A program made the translations under genes and the position numbers. From Candidatus Altiarchaeota archaeon (GTDB lineage: Archaea; Altiarchaeota; Altiarchaeia; IMC4; SCGC-AAA252-I15): a DNA stretch of 38,596 nucleotides. This document shows, in pieces, positions 26,521 to 34,859 of this stretch. The notes beneath the pieces were generated by a model. That model had not been told where the DNA came from. It saw nothing but the letters and a program-made list of their open reading frames with translations, and did no database searches. Numbering within the stretch: position 1 is the first letter of the stretch; every line of letters starts with the position of its first letter. The stretch covers positions 1 to 38,596 of the forward strand of contig JBDRLL010000031.1 in NCBI GenBank assembly GCA_043813075.1, written 5' to 3'.

Positions 26521-28143
26521 TTAGGTTTTTGCCTTGTGGGTTACCACTCCCCCACGCCATTTCACCACTACTTCAGGCTTCATGGCAATGTGCTTCAGAT
26601 GATACTCCATTATGGACTCGCTGCCAGGCTTCAAATCCCCAAGATCCCAGACGAGATAATCCCTCTTCCTTAGCACGTTCAACGTCTTAACGTCCAGCTC
26701 CGCATTCTCAGGTATCGCGTCCTCCACTATGACGTCCTTCAGCACCTTCCGCATCCTATTTGACACCACCACCCGGACATACTCGCTATCCTGTGTCTTG
26801 GATACCACGACCTCCCCGCGAGACATCTCACGGAACACTAGGAAAGCGAAGAATCCTGCGATAACCAGGACTAGGAACAATATGATGTACGGCACGCATG
26901 ACAGTGATGACTTGACTGGCCCCATAATGTCAATGCCCTTATCAATGCATCCACCAACGTCTACCTTGACCAGTGACTCCCGGGTCTTAGAGTCAACCAT
27001 GCCTTGATCTCCGTAGAGGAATGCCCTGACATCATAGTCCCTGCTTACCTCCTCGTCTACAGGCCATGCGAACATTAGTGAACGGACTTCACCATCAGGG
27101 AAGACTCCTTCAATAGTATTATTATAGTATATGCTGCCTTCCACGTCGGCAATGAGTAGCATGACACTCCCCTTCTCCACAGCCCCGTCACTTAAGACAT
27201 CAACCTTTACCTTAACGTCCTCATGGGGGCAGTATTTCCCGGAGACACGGTCCAAGACGACTTCAGTGATGCCGTAAGACCCTTTCTCGGGGGGCAGAAC
27301 CGGCGCCTCACTCCCAAAACCGGTTAAAGCCACTCCGGATTCCCCAGGATCAACCATGCCAAACGGGTAATATAGTGCGACAGCACTGTCGCCAAGTATG
27401 CTTAAACCATAGGTAGTATCATAATCCCACGCGTGGTTCTTGCTCTGCTTCCACTCAGAGACCAGTATGCGGGAGGGCATGGTCATCCCAGCCTTAGGGT
27501 CCATTAGGCCGGTGGCGACTATGGTGGGCTCTTCAGGACGGTTGTACGCCTTCCAGTACTCGAAGACCACTTCCCCGCCACCGTAGTCGACTTCACTCAC
27601 CTTCAAACCCTCGCCTGGAAGATATATGGGGGCTCCGTCGTTGAAGCCCAGCATCGTGTCCAAGTATATCCTGACCCCAATGTCATGCGATATGTAGTCC
27701 ATGTTGAAGGCCTGCAATTCTATCAGAGTCCGGTTTTCAGCGAGGGTTATGGACTGCACCACCCTTACCTTCCCTGGCAGCATCCATTCAGTGACTGCGG
27801 TAGAATCCTCGACAACAGGGAGTCTGGAGACGTACCGGTCCATCAACACGGAGTCGGAAGGGTTCTCTGACGACGCGTACAGGATGTCGTCGACTTTCAC
27901 TGATATGAACGTGCCCTTCCAAGGCTGAGGGTAATTGTACGTCAGCTTCTCCCATGAGCCGCCGTAGAATCCACCCATACTGAAGGAGCCTATGTTACTG
28001 CAGGAATCCAAGGCAACGTCCATCCCATACTCTTCGCTCCTAAGACGCACCGCACACGAGTCATCTGATGCTGAGGAAGTCAATGAGGCGGAAAGCAAAA
28101 CCAAGACCGTGTAAAGGACGATGGACTTAGACATGCCAACCAT
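26521..28143 (-). CDS. Secreted, membrane-anchored hypothetical protein
   Basis: 540-aa ORF with signal peptide, beta-rich ectodomain (LDTMLGFNDGAP), a TM helix near residues 420-437 and a small C-terminal domain. Confidence 0.8.
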   Translation of the reverse strand: MVGMSKSIVLYTVLVLLSASLTSSASDDSCAVRLRSEEYGMDVALDSCSNIGSFSMGGFYGGSWEKLTYNYPQPWKGTFISVKVDDILYASSENPSDSVLMDRYVSRLPVVEDSTAVTEWMLPGKVRVVQSITLAENRTLIELQAFNMDYISHDIGVRIYLDTMLGFNDGAPIYLPGEGLKVSEVDYGGGEVVFEYWKAYNRPEEPTIVATGLMDPKAGMTMPSRILVSEWKQSKNHAWDYDTTYGLSILGDSAVALYYPFGMVDPGESGVALTGFGSEAPVLPPEKGSYGITEVVLDRVSGKYCPHEDVKVKVDVLSDGAVEKGSVMLLIADVEGSIYYNNTIEGVFPDGEVRSLMFAWPVDEEVSRDYDVRAFLYGDQGMVDSKTRESLVKVDVGGCIDKGIDIMGPVKSSLSCVPYIILFLVLVIAGFFAFLVFREMSRGEVVVSKTQDSEYVRVVVSNRMRKVLKDVIVEDAIPENAELDVKTLNVLRKRDYLVWDLGDLKPGSESIMEYHLKHIAMKPEVVVKWRGGVVTHKAKT

Positions 28144-28184
28144 TAAATATATTCAGCTAGATATAAATGAGTAATTGATGGCCA

Positions 28185-28781
28185 ATGTTCTCTGACGGAT
28201 TCAACGAGCTTATGGCAGGCGTGGAAAACCTCACCTTCGACAACGCCTACAACATGACAGTCAACGACATAATAGTGGTCGCACTCTTCTTCATAGTCTC
28301 CTTCGTGTTTTCAGCACTCCTATGCTCCATATTCAAGATGCTCGGCAGCCGGCGGGAGGAGACCGCAGACTGGGTGGAGGTTAGCCAGGAACCCTTGATG
28401 CAGGAGCCGGAGAGGCCGTACACTCCCCCCGAGCCGGAGTTGACGCCCAAACAGAAGCTGAAAAAGAGGGAGGCCGAACTTCAGAAAAGGGAGGATGCCA
28501 TGAAAGCCGAGCGGATGAGGGAGCTCGCCAGGAGAGAGAAGCACGTTGAAACCAGAGTCACGCCTGACACGGGCGCGGCCACCGCAAACCAGGACCCCTC
28601 AAGCCCAGACTCTTTTGATGAGGAGAGGAGGAGGGTTAAGAGGCTCTTGGATGATGCTGAAAAGCGTTTTGCTTCAGGCGAGATTTCAGAGCGGAATTTC
28701 AGGACCATCACTGGAGACTATCAGAAACAGCTCATAGACTTGGACGTGAAAATCAAGAAGAAGCGTGAGACTGGGATGTAA
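28185..28781 (+). CDS. Single-pass membrane protein with coiled-coil tail
   Basis: 198-aa ORF with one TM segment and a charged helical C-terminus; TATA-like element upstream. Confidence 0.75.
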   Translation: MFSDGFNELMAGVENLTFDNAYNMTVNDIIVVALFFIVSFVFSALLCSIFKMLGSRREETADWVEVSQEPLMQEPERPYTPPEPELTPKQKLKKREAELQKREDAMKAERMRELARREKHVETRVTPDTGAATANQDPSSPDSFDEERRRVKRLLDDAEKRFASGEISERNFRTITGDYQKQLIDLDVKIKKKRETGM

Positions 28782-28830
28782 TGGTGGAAAGCTTTTAAAT
28801 CTAGACTTGCATTAGATAGCAGATAAAATA

Positions 28831-30813
28831 ATGGAGAACGTCTTCTACTTCATCGGCTCAAGCCTCATAGCCCTAGTGTACGCAGGCTACCTGTCCATCA
28901 ACATCAGCAAGATAGAGGTTAAGGATGAGAAGATCAGGGAGATAGCCGAAGCCATACACGAGGGCGCGATGGCCTTCCTGAACAGGGAATACAAGGTGCT
29001 CGTGATATTCGTCATACTAATGTCCGTCATCCTGGGGGCTTTCATCGAACCCAGACCCCTAGTGGGGGTGACATTCATCATAGGGGCTTTCTTCTCCGCG
29101 CTAGCTGGAAACATCGGCATGCGGGTAGCAACGAAAGCCAACGTCAGGACTGCGATAAAGGTAAAGGAAAGCCTAAACGCTGGCCTGAATACGGCATTCT
29201 CTAGCGGACTTGTGATGGGGCTTACCGTGGTCGGCCTCGGAGTCCTCGGCGTGAGCGTATTATACATCATATTCAGGGATCCTAACGTCATCTTCGGATT
29301 CGGATTCGGAGCCAGCAGCATCGCCTTGTTCGCGAGGGTTGGGGGCGGCATCTACACGAAGGGTGCGGACGTCGGCGCAGACCTCGTGGGCAAAGTGGAG
29401 GCTGGCATACCGGAGGACGACCCGCGGAACCCCGCTGTCATCGCAGACAATGTGGGAGACAATGTTGGTGACGTGGCAGGCATGGGAGCGGACTTGTTCG
29501 AGAGCTACGTTGACAGCATCATAGCCGCAATGCTTTTAGGAACCTTGTTCATAACAACATCATCTAGCGCGGTTATACTGCCCATCGCGATAGCCAGCCT
29601 TGGGATACTCGCGGCGATCATAGGAAGCCTGTTCGTGAAAGAATCAGGCGGCAACGTTGAGAAGGCGTTGAACAGGGGCATATTCACGGCCGCGTTCATC
29701 ATCGCGGCAGCATCATACTTCCTGGTGGAGATGATACTTGGTCCTGGATACTTTGGAGTATACCTGAGCATGCTGTCCGGGCTGGTGGCGGGAGTCGTCA
29801 TCGGCTTGGTGACTGAATACTACACTTCATCGAAGTACGAGCCCACCAGAAGCATCGCCAAGTCGGCTGAGACGGGCGCCGGCACAGTTCTTATTTCAGG
29901 GATAAGTGTCGGCATGCTGAGCACCCTCGTGCCAGTGCTCGTCGTCTGCGCTTCAATACTAATCTCCTACAAGCTGGCGGGCATATACGGCATCGCCATA
30001 GCCGCCGTCGGGATGCTGTCCACACTCGGCATAACACTGGCCTCAGACACCTACGGCCCGGTCGCAGACAACGCGCAGGGCATAGCAGAGATGGGCGGCA
30101 TGGGCCATGAAGTCCGCGAGAGGTCTGAGAAACTTGATGCCGTCGGCAACACTACCGCGGCGATAGGGAAGGGTTTCGCAATAGGCTCCGCAGCACTTAC
30201 CGCGCTCGCATTGTTCTCAGCATACGTCACAGCAGCCAAACTGGATGTGATAAACGTCATGGACGCGAAGGTTACCGTCGGACTGTTCATCGGAGGCCTG
30301 CTGCCGTTCCTCTTCTCCTCCTTCACGATGAACGCTGTCGGCAAGGCGGCGGAGATGATGGTGGAGGAAGTCAGGAGACAATTCAGGGAGATCAAGGGCC
30401 TTATGGAGGGGAAGGCTAAGGCAGACTACAGGAAGTGCGTTGACATAAGCACTAAGGCTGCTATACACGCGATGACCCTTCCAAGCATTCTCGCAGTCAT
30501 AACGCCCGTGGGAGTTGGCTTCCTGCTGGGCACAAGCGCGTTAGGCGGCCTGCTCGCAGGAAACGTCGTCACCGGATTCGTGCTTGCGGTTATGATGGCC
30601 AACGCGGGCGGCGCATGGGATAACGCCAAGAAGTATATCGAGGAGGGTAATCTCGGCGGCAAGGGCAGTAACGCCCATAAGGCTGCGGTAGTCGGGGACA
30701 CTGTTGGTGACCCGTTCAAGGACACTAGCGGCCCAAGCCTTAACATACTGATTAAGCTGGTGTCGATTGTCGCGCTTGTATTCGCACCCCTCTTCGGGTC
30801 TGGGTTGATCTAG
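28831..30813 (+). CDS. hppA: Membrane-bound pyrophosphatase, K+-dependent type (probably Na+-pumping)
   Basis: GGIYTKGADVGADLVGKVE, EDDPRNP, DNVGDNVGD, GGAWDNAKK, GDTVGDPFKDTSGP. GNTTAA (Ala) marks the K+-dependent subfamily. Confidence 0.97.
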   Translation: MENVFYFIGSSLIALVYAGYLSINISKIEVKDEKIREIAEAIHEGAMAFLNREYKVLVIFVILMSVILGAFIEPRPLVGVTFIIGAFFSALAGNIGMRVATKANVRTAIKVKESLNAGLNTAFSSGLVMGLTVVGLGVLGVSVLYIIFRDPNVIFGFGFGASSIALFARVGGGIYTKGADVGADLVGKVEAGIPEDDPRNPAVIADNVGDNVGDVAGMGADLFESYVDSIIAAMLLGTLFITTSSSAVILPIAIASLGILAAIIGSLFVKESGGNVEKALNRGIFTAAFIIAAASYFLVEMILGPGYFGVYLSMLSGLVAGVVIGLVTEYYTSSKYEPTRSIAKSAETGAGTVLISGISVGMLSTLVPVLVVCASILISYKLAGIYGIAIAAVGMLSTLGITLASDTYGPVADNAQGIAEMGGMGHEVRERSEKLDAVGNTTAAIGKGFAIGSAALTALALFSAYVTAAKLDVINVMDAKVTVGLFIGGLLPFLFSSFTMNAVGKAAEMMVEEVRRQFREIKGLMEGKAKADYRKCVDISTKAAIHAMTLPSILAVITPVGVGFLLGTSALGGLLAGNVVTGFVLAVMMANAGGAWDNAKKYIEEGNLGGKGSNAHKAAVVGDTVGDPFKDTSGPSLNILIKLVSIVALVFAPLFGSGLI

Positions 30814-31601
30814 TAGGCGCAGCTGTTCAGATAGCATCCGCCCTCACACTCGTAGTCTGTCGTTAACGCGTATCCGTCCACCCCACAGTATACTTCACGC
30901 AGTATCCTGTTGGACGTGCACCCGTCGACGTATGATCTGTTGGCTTTGTCGAAAACCATTCCTGCTATGAAATAGTTCCTACCACCGTCGGTATCACGGC
31001 ACGAGGGCCTCTCGTAGGGGCATTCAGAGTCAAGACTGCACTTGTCGCTGCCGTACCCCAGGACTGTCACGCAGCTCCCTTGACGGCATTCAAGGTGTGT
31101 TGAAGCCCGTGTGGGAGGCATGCTGGCGGTCGTGGTGGGTATGATCTTATTGGTTGTTGACGTCGTGTCTGTGGTGCCTGTGACCGAATCGTTACTGTAT
31201 AGGGTGGTCGACGTAGCAGTATCCTGCTCCCACGTTGAGAGGGTGGTAGAGGGGGCTATTGATAACGTCGTTAGGCCGGGTATCGAATCGTCAGCGGCCT
31301 CGTCAGGAAGTGTGGTTGTCGCGTATAGAGTGGTTGTCGTTGACGTAGTGGTCGTAACGTCCACGTCAGGAGCCAGCAGTTCTTCAATCACCTTCTCCAT
31401 GTCAGGTAGTGTGGGGAGGTTCATCTCTGAGAGATTTAACGGGAGAGTCGGCTCGGGAGACAGCGTGGATTCTGACGGGCATTCGTCGATGTGTGAGACG
31501 CGGGTTCCGTCACTGCACTTAAGCTTCACTTCACCAGGCATTATGCAGCCGGATTGTAAGACAACCAGCACCAGCAACACCAGAAGGAACCTTGAGGGCA
31601 T
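30810..31601 (-). CDS. Thr-rich, Cys-domain surface lipoprotein-like protein
   Basis: Hydrophobic leader ending LQSGC, a long Thr/Ser linker and Cys modules (CRDTDGGRNY). Start uncertain. Confidence 0.75.
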   Translation of the reverse strand: MPSRFLLVLLVLVVLQSGCIMPGEVKLKCSDGTRVSHIDECPSESTLSPEPTLPLNLSEMNLPTLPDMEKVIEELLAPDVDVTTTTSTTTTLYATTTLPDEAADDSIPGLTTLSIAPSTTLSTWEQDTATSTTLYSNDSVTGTTDTTSTTNKIIPTTTASMPPTRASTHLECRQGSCVTVLGYGSDKCSLDSECPYERPSCRDTDGGRNYFIAGMVFDKANRSYVDGCTSNRILREVYCGVDGYALTTDYECEGGCYLNSCAY

Positions 31602-31668
31602 AATATACATTAGTAAGGGATAAAAAAAGAAGGCCATTTATTTCCAATGATTTCCGTGATATTATACG

Positions 31669-32325
31669 ATGCCGCAGGGAAATGTTGAGGATGGTTCTGG
31701 AAGAGTCGAGAACACCAGGATAACCGGCAACCTGCGTTTAGGGGGTGAAGCCCTGGATAACAGGCATTTCGGCCTTGCGAAACAGTATTTCAGCGAAGCC
31801 GTGAGGATAGACCCTAAAAGCGCTGTCGCACGCAACAACCTTGGGGTTGCATGCTTCAGGAACGGTGACGTGCGGGAGGCTAAGGAGGCCCTAATGAAGG
31901 CTGTGGAACTGGACCCCTCATACCCTTCACCGCACAACAACCTGGGGGTAGTCTACGAGTCGACGGGTAAAATCAGGAAGGCGAAGGGGGAGTACGAGAC
32001 TGCCTTAAGACTCTGCCCTGACTACAAGGACGCCCAGCATAACCTGGACAGGATAACAGCCAAAGGCATCCCAGAGCCGCTAGCGTATTCCATGGCAATG
32101 CTGCCGGCACGTGTAGGATTAGGAATCCTAGAGAGGATAGGGAGATACCATGCTGAAGACCCTGGCGGCGCGATAATGACAGACACCATACTAACAGTCG
32201 GCACTGCAACAACACCACTCGCGATGAGATACCCGGACCAACCCCTCATCTACGCTACGGCAGCGACCTTAACGGCCATAGGACTCACGGTAGGTTACGT
32301 CATAAGTCAGAGACAACACGGATAA
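31669..32325 (+). CDS. TPR-repeat protein with hydrophobic C-terminus
   Basis: Repeated A..NNLG...A...DP TPR signatures. Confidence 0.88.
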   Translation: MPQGNVEDGSGRVENTRITGNLRLGGEALDNRHFGLAKQYFSEAVRIDPKSAVARNNLGVACFRNGDVREAKEALMKAVELDPSYPSPHNNLGVVYESTGKIRKAKGEYETALRLCPDYKDAQHNLDRITAKGIPEPLAYSMAMLPARVGLGILERIGRYHAEDPGGAIMTDTILTVGTATTPLAMRYPDQPLIYATAATLTAIGLTVGYVISQRQHG

Positions 32326-32333
32326 CGTGAGGG

Positions 32334-33857
32334 TCACTTCCTCATTATCCGGTTCACGCCGTTGATGAACGCTATCACGCTGGCCATAACCACGTCCTCG
32401 TGGACTCCCCTGGCCATGGTGCTTTCACCGTTCTTGCTGACCCTGATGGAAACGTCCGCGAGAGCGTCACTGCCGCCGGTGATTGCGTCCAGGTGATACT
32501 CTTCCAGCCTTATGTCCGCCCCAATCGCAGATCGGATTGCCTTCAGGGTTGCGTCTACCGGACCCACACCCTCCTCACTCGCAGCCTGCTCCCTCCCCCT
32601 GACTAGCATCTTTACTGATGCTATGGGATTCTTGCCGAGCTCCGCGTGAAGGGTCAAATCCTTCAGCTCCACGGTCCTCTCCTTCTTGGATACTTTACCC
32701 AAAAGGTCTTCCGCTATGGCAGCCAAGTCCTCCTCAGTCACCTTCTTGCCCTTGTCCGCAAGATCCTTCACTTTACGGGTGATGTCTTCAGCCTGCTTTT
32801 CACTAACCCTGATGCCCATGCCATCCAACTTGTCCCTGATCCCGTGCTTGCCTACGTGTTTACCCAACACCAGCCGCCTCTTGGCTCCGACAGTCTCAGG
32901 CTTGATAGCCTCGTATGTGGATGCCTTCGAGAGCACTCCGTGAACGTGGACTCCTGACTCATGGGCGAACGCGTTGCCGCCGACTATCGGGAAGTTAGGC
33001 ATCACTTTCACGCCAGTCAGCCGCTCAACCATCCTGCTGGTCTCCCATATCCTCTTGGACTTCACGTTGGTCTCTATCCCGTGGATCAGCTTGCACGCCA
33101 TCACAACCTGCTCTAGGTCCGCGTTACCCGCGCGCTCGCCCAGACCATTGACTGTGACGTGCGGTATGCTGGCTCCAGCCAGGACTGCGCTGACAGTGTT
33201 GGCGACAGCCATCCCGAAGTCGTTGTGGCAGTGGACTGCCAGCGGAGTCTTCACATCCTCCCGTAGCTCTGAAATCAGCCATCCCATGGCCGCCGGCGTC
33301 ATAACCCCGACCGTATCCGGGATGTTGATGTGCTCGACCTTCATGGCGTCCGCCATGCCGACCACCTGCTTCAGGTAGTCCAGCTCTGTCCTGCACGCGT
33401 CCTCGGGGCTGAAGTGAACCTTGAATCCCCGCTCCTTAACGTACTGTATGCAGTCTTCCGCACGACCCATTATCTCTTTCCTGCTCATCTTGAGCTTGTA
33501 CTTCCTGTGTATGGGTGAGGTTCCGATGAACAGGTGGACCATGTCAACTCCAGCATCCATCGCAGCATCCATGTCCTTCTCAACACACCTGGATAAACCA
33601 ACTATACGACTCTTCAGGCCCATCTCCTTTATCTCCTTGACCGCATGGAACTCGCCTTCACTGGAGACGGGGAAGCCGGCCTCGATGTAGTCGACTCCCA
33701 GCTGGGATAGGGCTGAGGCTATCTCCTTCTTCTCACCCACCGTCAGCGTGATTCCCGGCGTCTGCTCTCCGTCCCGGAGTGTCGTGTCGAATACCCTGAT
33801 TTTTTCCGCCTTCTTTTTAGGCTCAACCTTCTTGTCGTACCAGAATTGGTCCATCAT
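32334..33857 (-). CDS. leuA: 2-isopropylmalate synthase
   Basis: FDTTLRDGEQ, IEAGFP, HCHNDFG, NGLGERAGN, AHESGVH and the C-terminal regulatory domain (GVGPVDA, AITGGSDA). HLFIGTS and INIPDTVG fit LeuA better than CimA. SD GGAGG at 33867-33863. Confidence 0.9.
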   Translation of the reverse strand: MMDQFWYDKKVEPKKKAEKIRVFDTTLRDGEQTPGITLTVGEKKEIASALSQLGVDYIEAGFPVSSEGEFHAVKEIKEMGLKSRIVGLSRCVEKDMDAAMDAGVDMVHLFIGTSPIHRKYKLKMSRKEIMGRAEDCIQYVKERGFKVHFSPEDACRTELDYLKQVVGMADAMKVEHINIPDTVGVMTPAAMGWLISELREDVKTPLAVHCHNDFGMAVANTVSAVLAGASIPHVTVNGLGERAGNADLEQVVMACKLIHGIETNVKSKRIWETSRMVERLTGVKVMPNFPIVGGNAFAHESGVHVHGVLSKASTYEAIKPETVGAKRRLVLGKHVGKHGIRDKLDGMGIRVSEKQAEDITRKVKDLADKGKKVTEEDLAAIAEDLLGKVSKKERTVELKDLTLHAELGKNPIASVKMLVRGREQAASEEGVGPVDATLKAIRSAIGADIRLEEYHLDAITGGSDALADVSIRVSKNGESTMARGVHEDVVMASVIAFINGVNRIMRK

Positions 33858-33934
33858 GCAATCCTCCAATATTTTTTAGAGTTGTAACTAAACATTTTTG
33901 TGTTTCACAGCGGAGCCATAGACTGTATGATAGC

Positions 33935-34036
33935 CTATGCCCGCAGCCGTAGCAATAAAAGCAAGCGCAGTACAGGGTTCCCGCTAAAGTAGTCCTCGTT
34001 GATTACCACCGTAGGGTATATGTAGGAACCATCCAT
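33935..34036 (-). CDS. Leucine-rich leader peptide (leuL-like uORF), 33 aa
   Basis: MDGSYIYPTVVINEDYFSGNPVLRLLLLLRLRA. Codons 23-31 read CTG CGC TTG CTT TTA TTG CTA CGG CTG. ATG is 26 nt after TATA-like TTTTTAAG; the ORF ends 77 nt before leuA. Confidence 0.75.
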   Translation of the reverse strand: MDGSYIYPTVVINEDYFSGNPVLRLLLLLRLRA

Positions 34037-34091
34037 TGTTGATATAAACTAAGGGATACTACTTAAAAAATCAAATTCCGGGGTTTTAAGC

Positions 34092-34823
34092 CTACCAGGG
34101 CAGTAATTTCCGGAGTATCGCCCACCCGGTTATCTTGCTGGGAATCAATGCGGTGACTCCACCGCTAGTATCGCATAATCCGGTCACACCCTGAGTCTGG
34201 CAGAGACAGCATAAGTCATCCACACTGCCGTCATCACAGTTAGCTGGCGTGTCACCGAAGTAGTCACATGAATTAGCATTACAATAACTCTGGCATGCTG
34301 AGGATGAGTCACCGCCATACGTCGAAGCGCTTACGCAAACGGTTAGAGGAGACTTGACTCCGCCAACCTCAACATTAGAGCAGCTGACCCTGTTCCTAGA
34401 CTTGCATGCCTTGTGCTTCACGCAGTCAGGGTCGTCACAGTCTATCTTGCCATCGCAGTCGTCGTCCTTCCTGTTGGTGCAACCCCTCCTGACGTTCTCA
34501 CTCTTGCTGGAGAGCCTCTGGATGCAGTCCGCGTCCCGGCAGTCAGTGTAGCCGTCACAGTCGTTGTCGATGCCGTCCTTACAGCTCCGGCGCTTCCCCA
34601 ATTCGAAACCCTCCATGCGTTTCTTGCACTGGGGGTCGCTGCAGTCGGTGTAGCCGTCGCCGTCATTATCCTTACCGTCCCGGCACATCATTGGAGTGTT
34701 CTCGTTCTTGCATAACGGGTAGCATCCCTTCGGCCTCCTGGCGGCGGCAGAGTCGATTAGGAATACGGTGAGAACTGCGAATACGATTAAGGCCAGTAGT
34801 ATGGTCCTCTTTAGTGAAGCCAT
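34092..34823 (-). CDS. Secreted Cys/Asp-repeat protein
   Basis: Signal peptide and three C.(D/N)G.D(N/D)D.DG..DC.D.DC repeats (putative Ca/metal-binding), then a Cys-rich tail. Confidence 0.85.
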   Translation of the reverse strand: MASLKRTILLALIVFAVLTVFLIDSAAARRPKGCYPLCKNENTPMMCRDGKDNDGDGYTDCSDPQCKKRMEGFELGKRRSCKDGIDNDCDGYTDCRDADCIQRLSSKSENVRRGCTNRKDDDCDGKIDCDDPDCVKHKACKSRNRVSCSNVEVGGVKSPLTVCVSASTYGGDSSSACQSYCNANSCDYFGDTPANCDDGSVDDLCCLCQTQGVTGLCDTSGGVTALIPSKITGWAILRKLLPW

Positions 34824-34859
34824 TAGAGAAATATGGGAGGGGGATATTAAAAAACCCCT

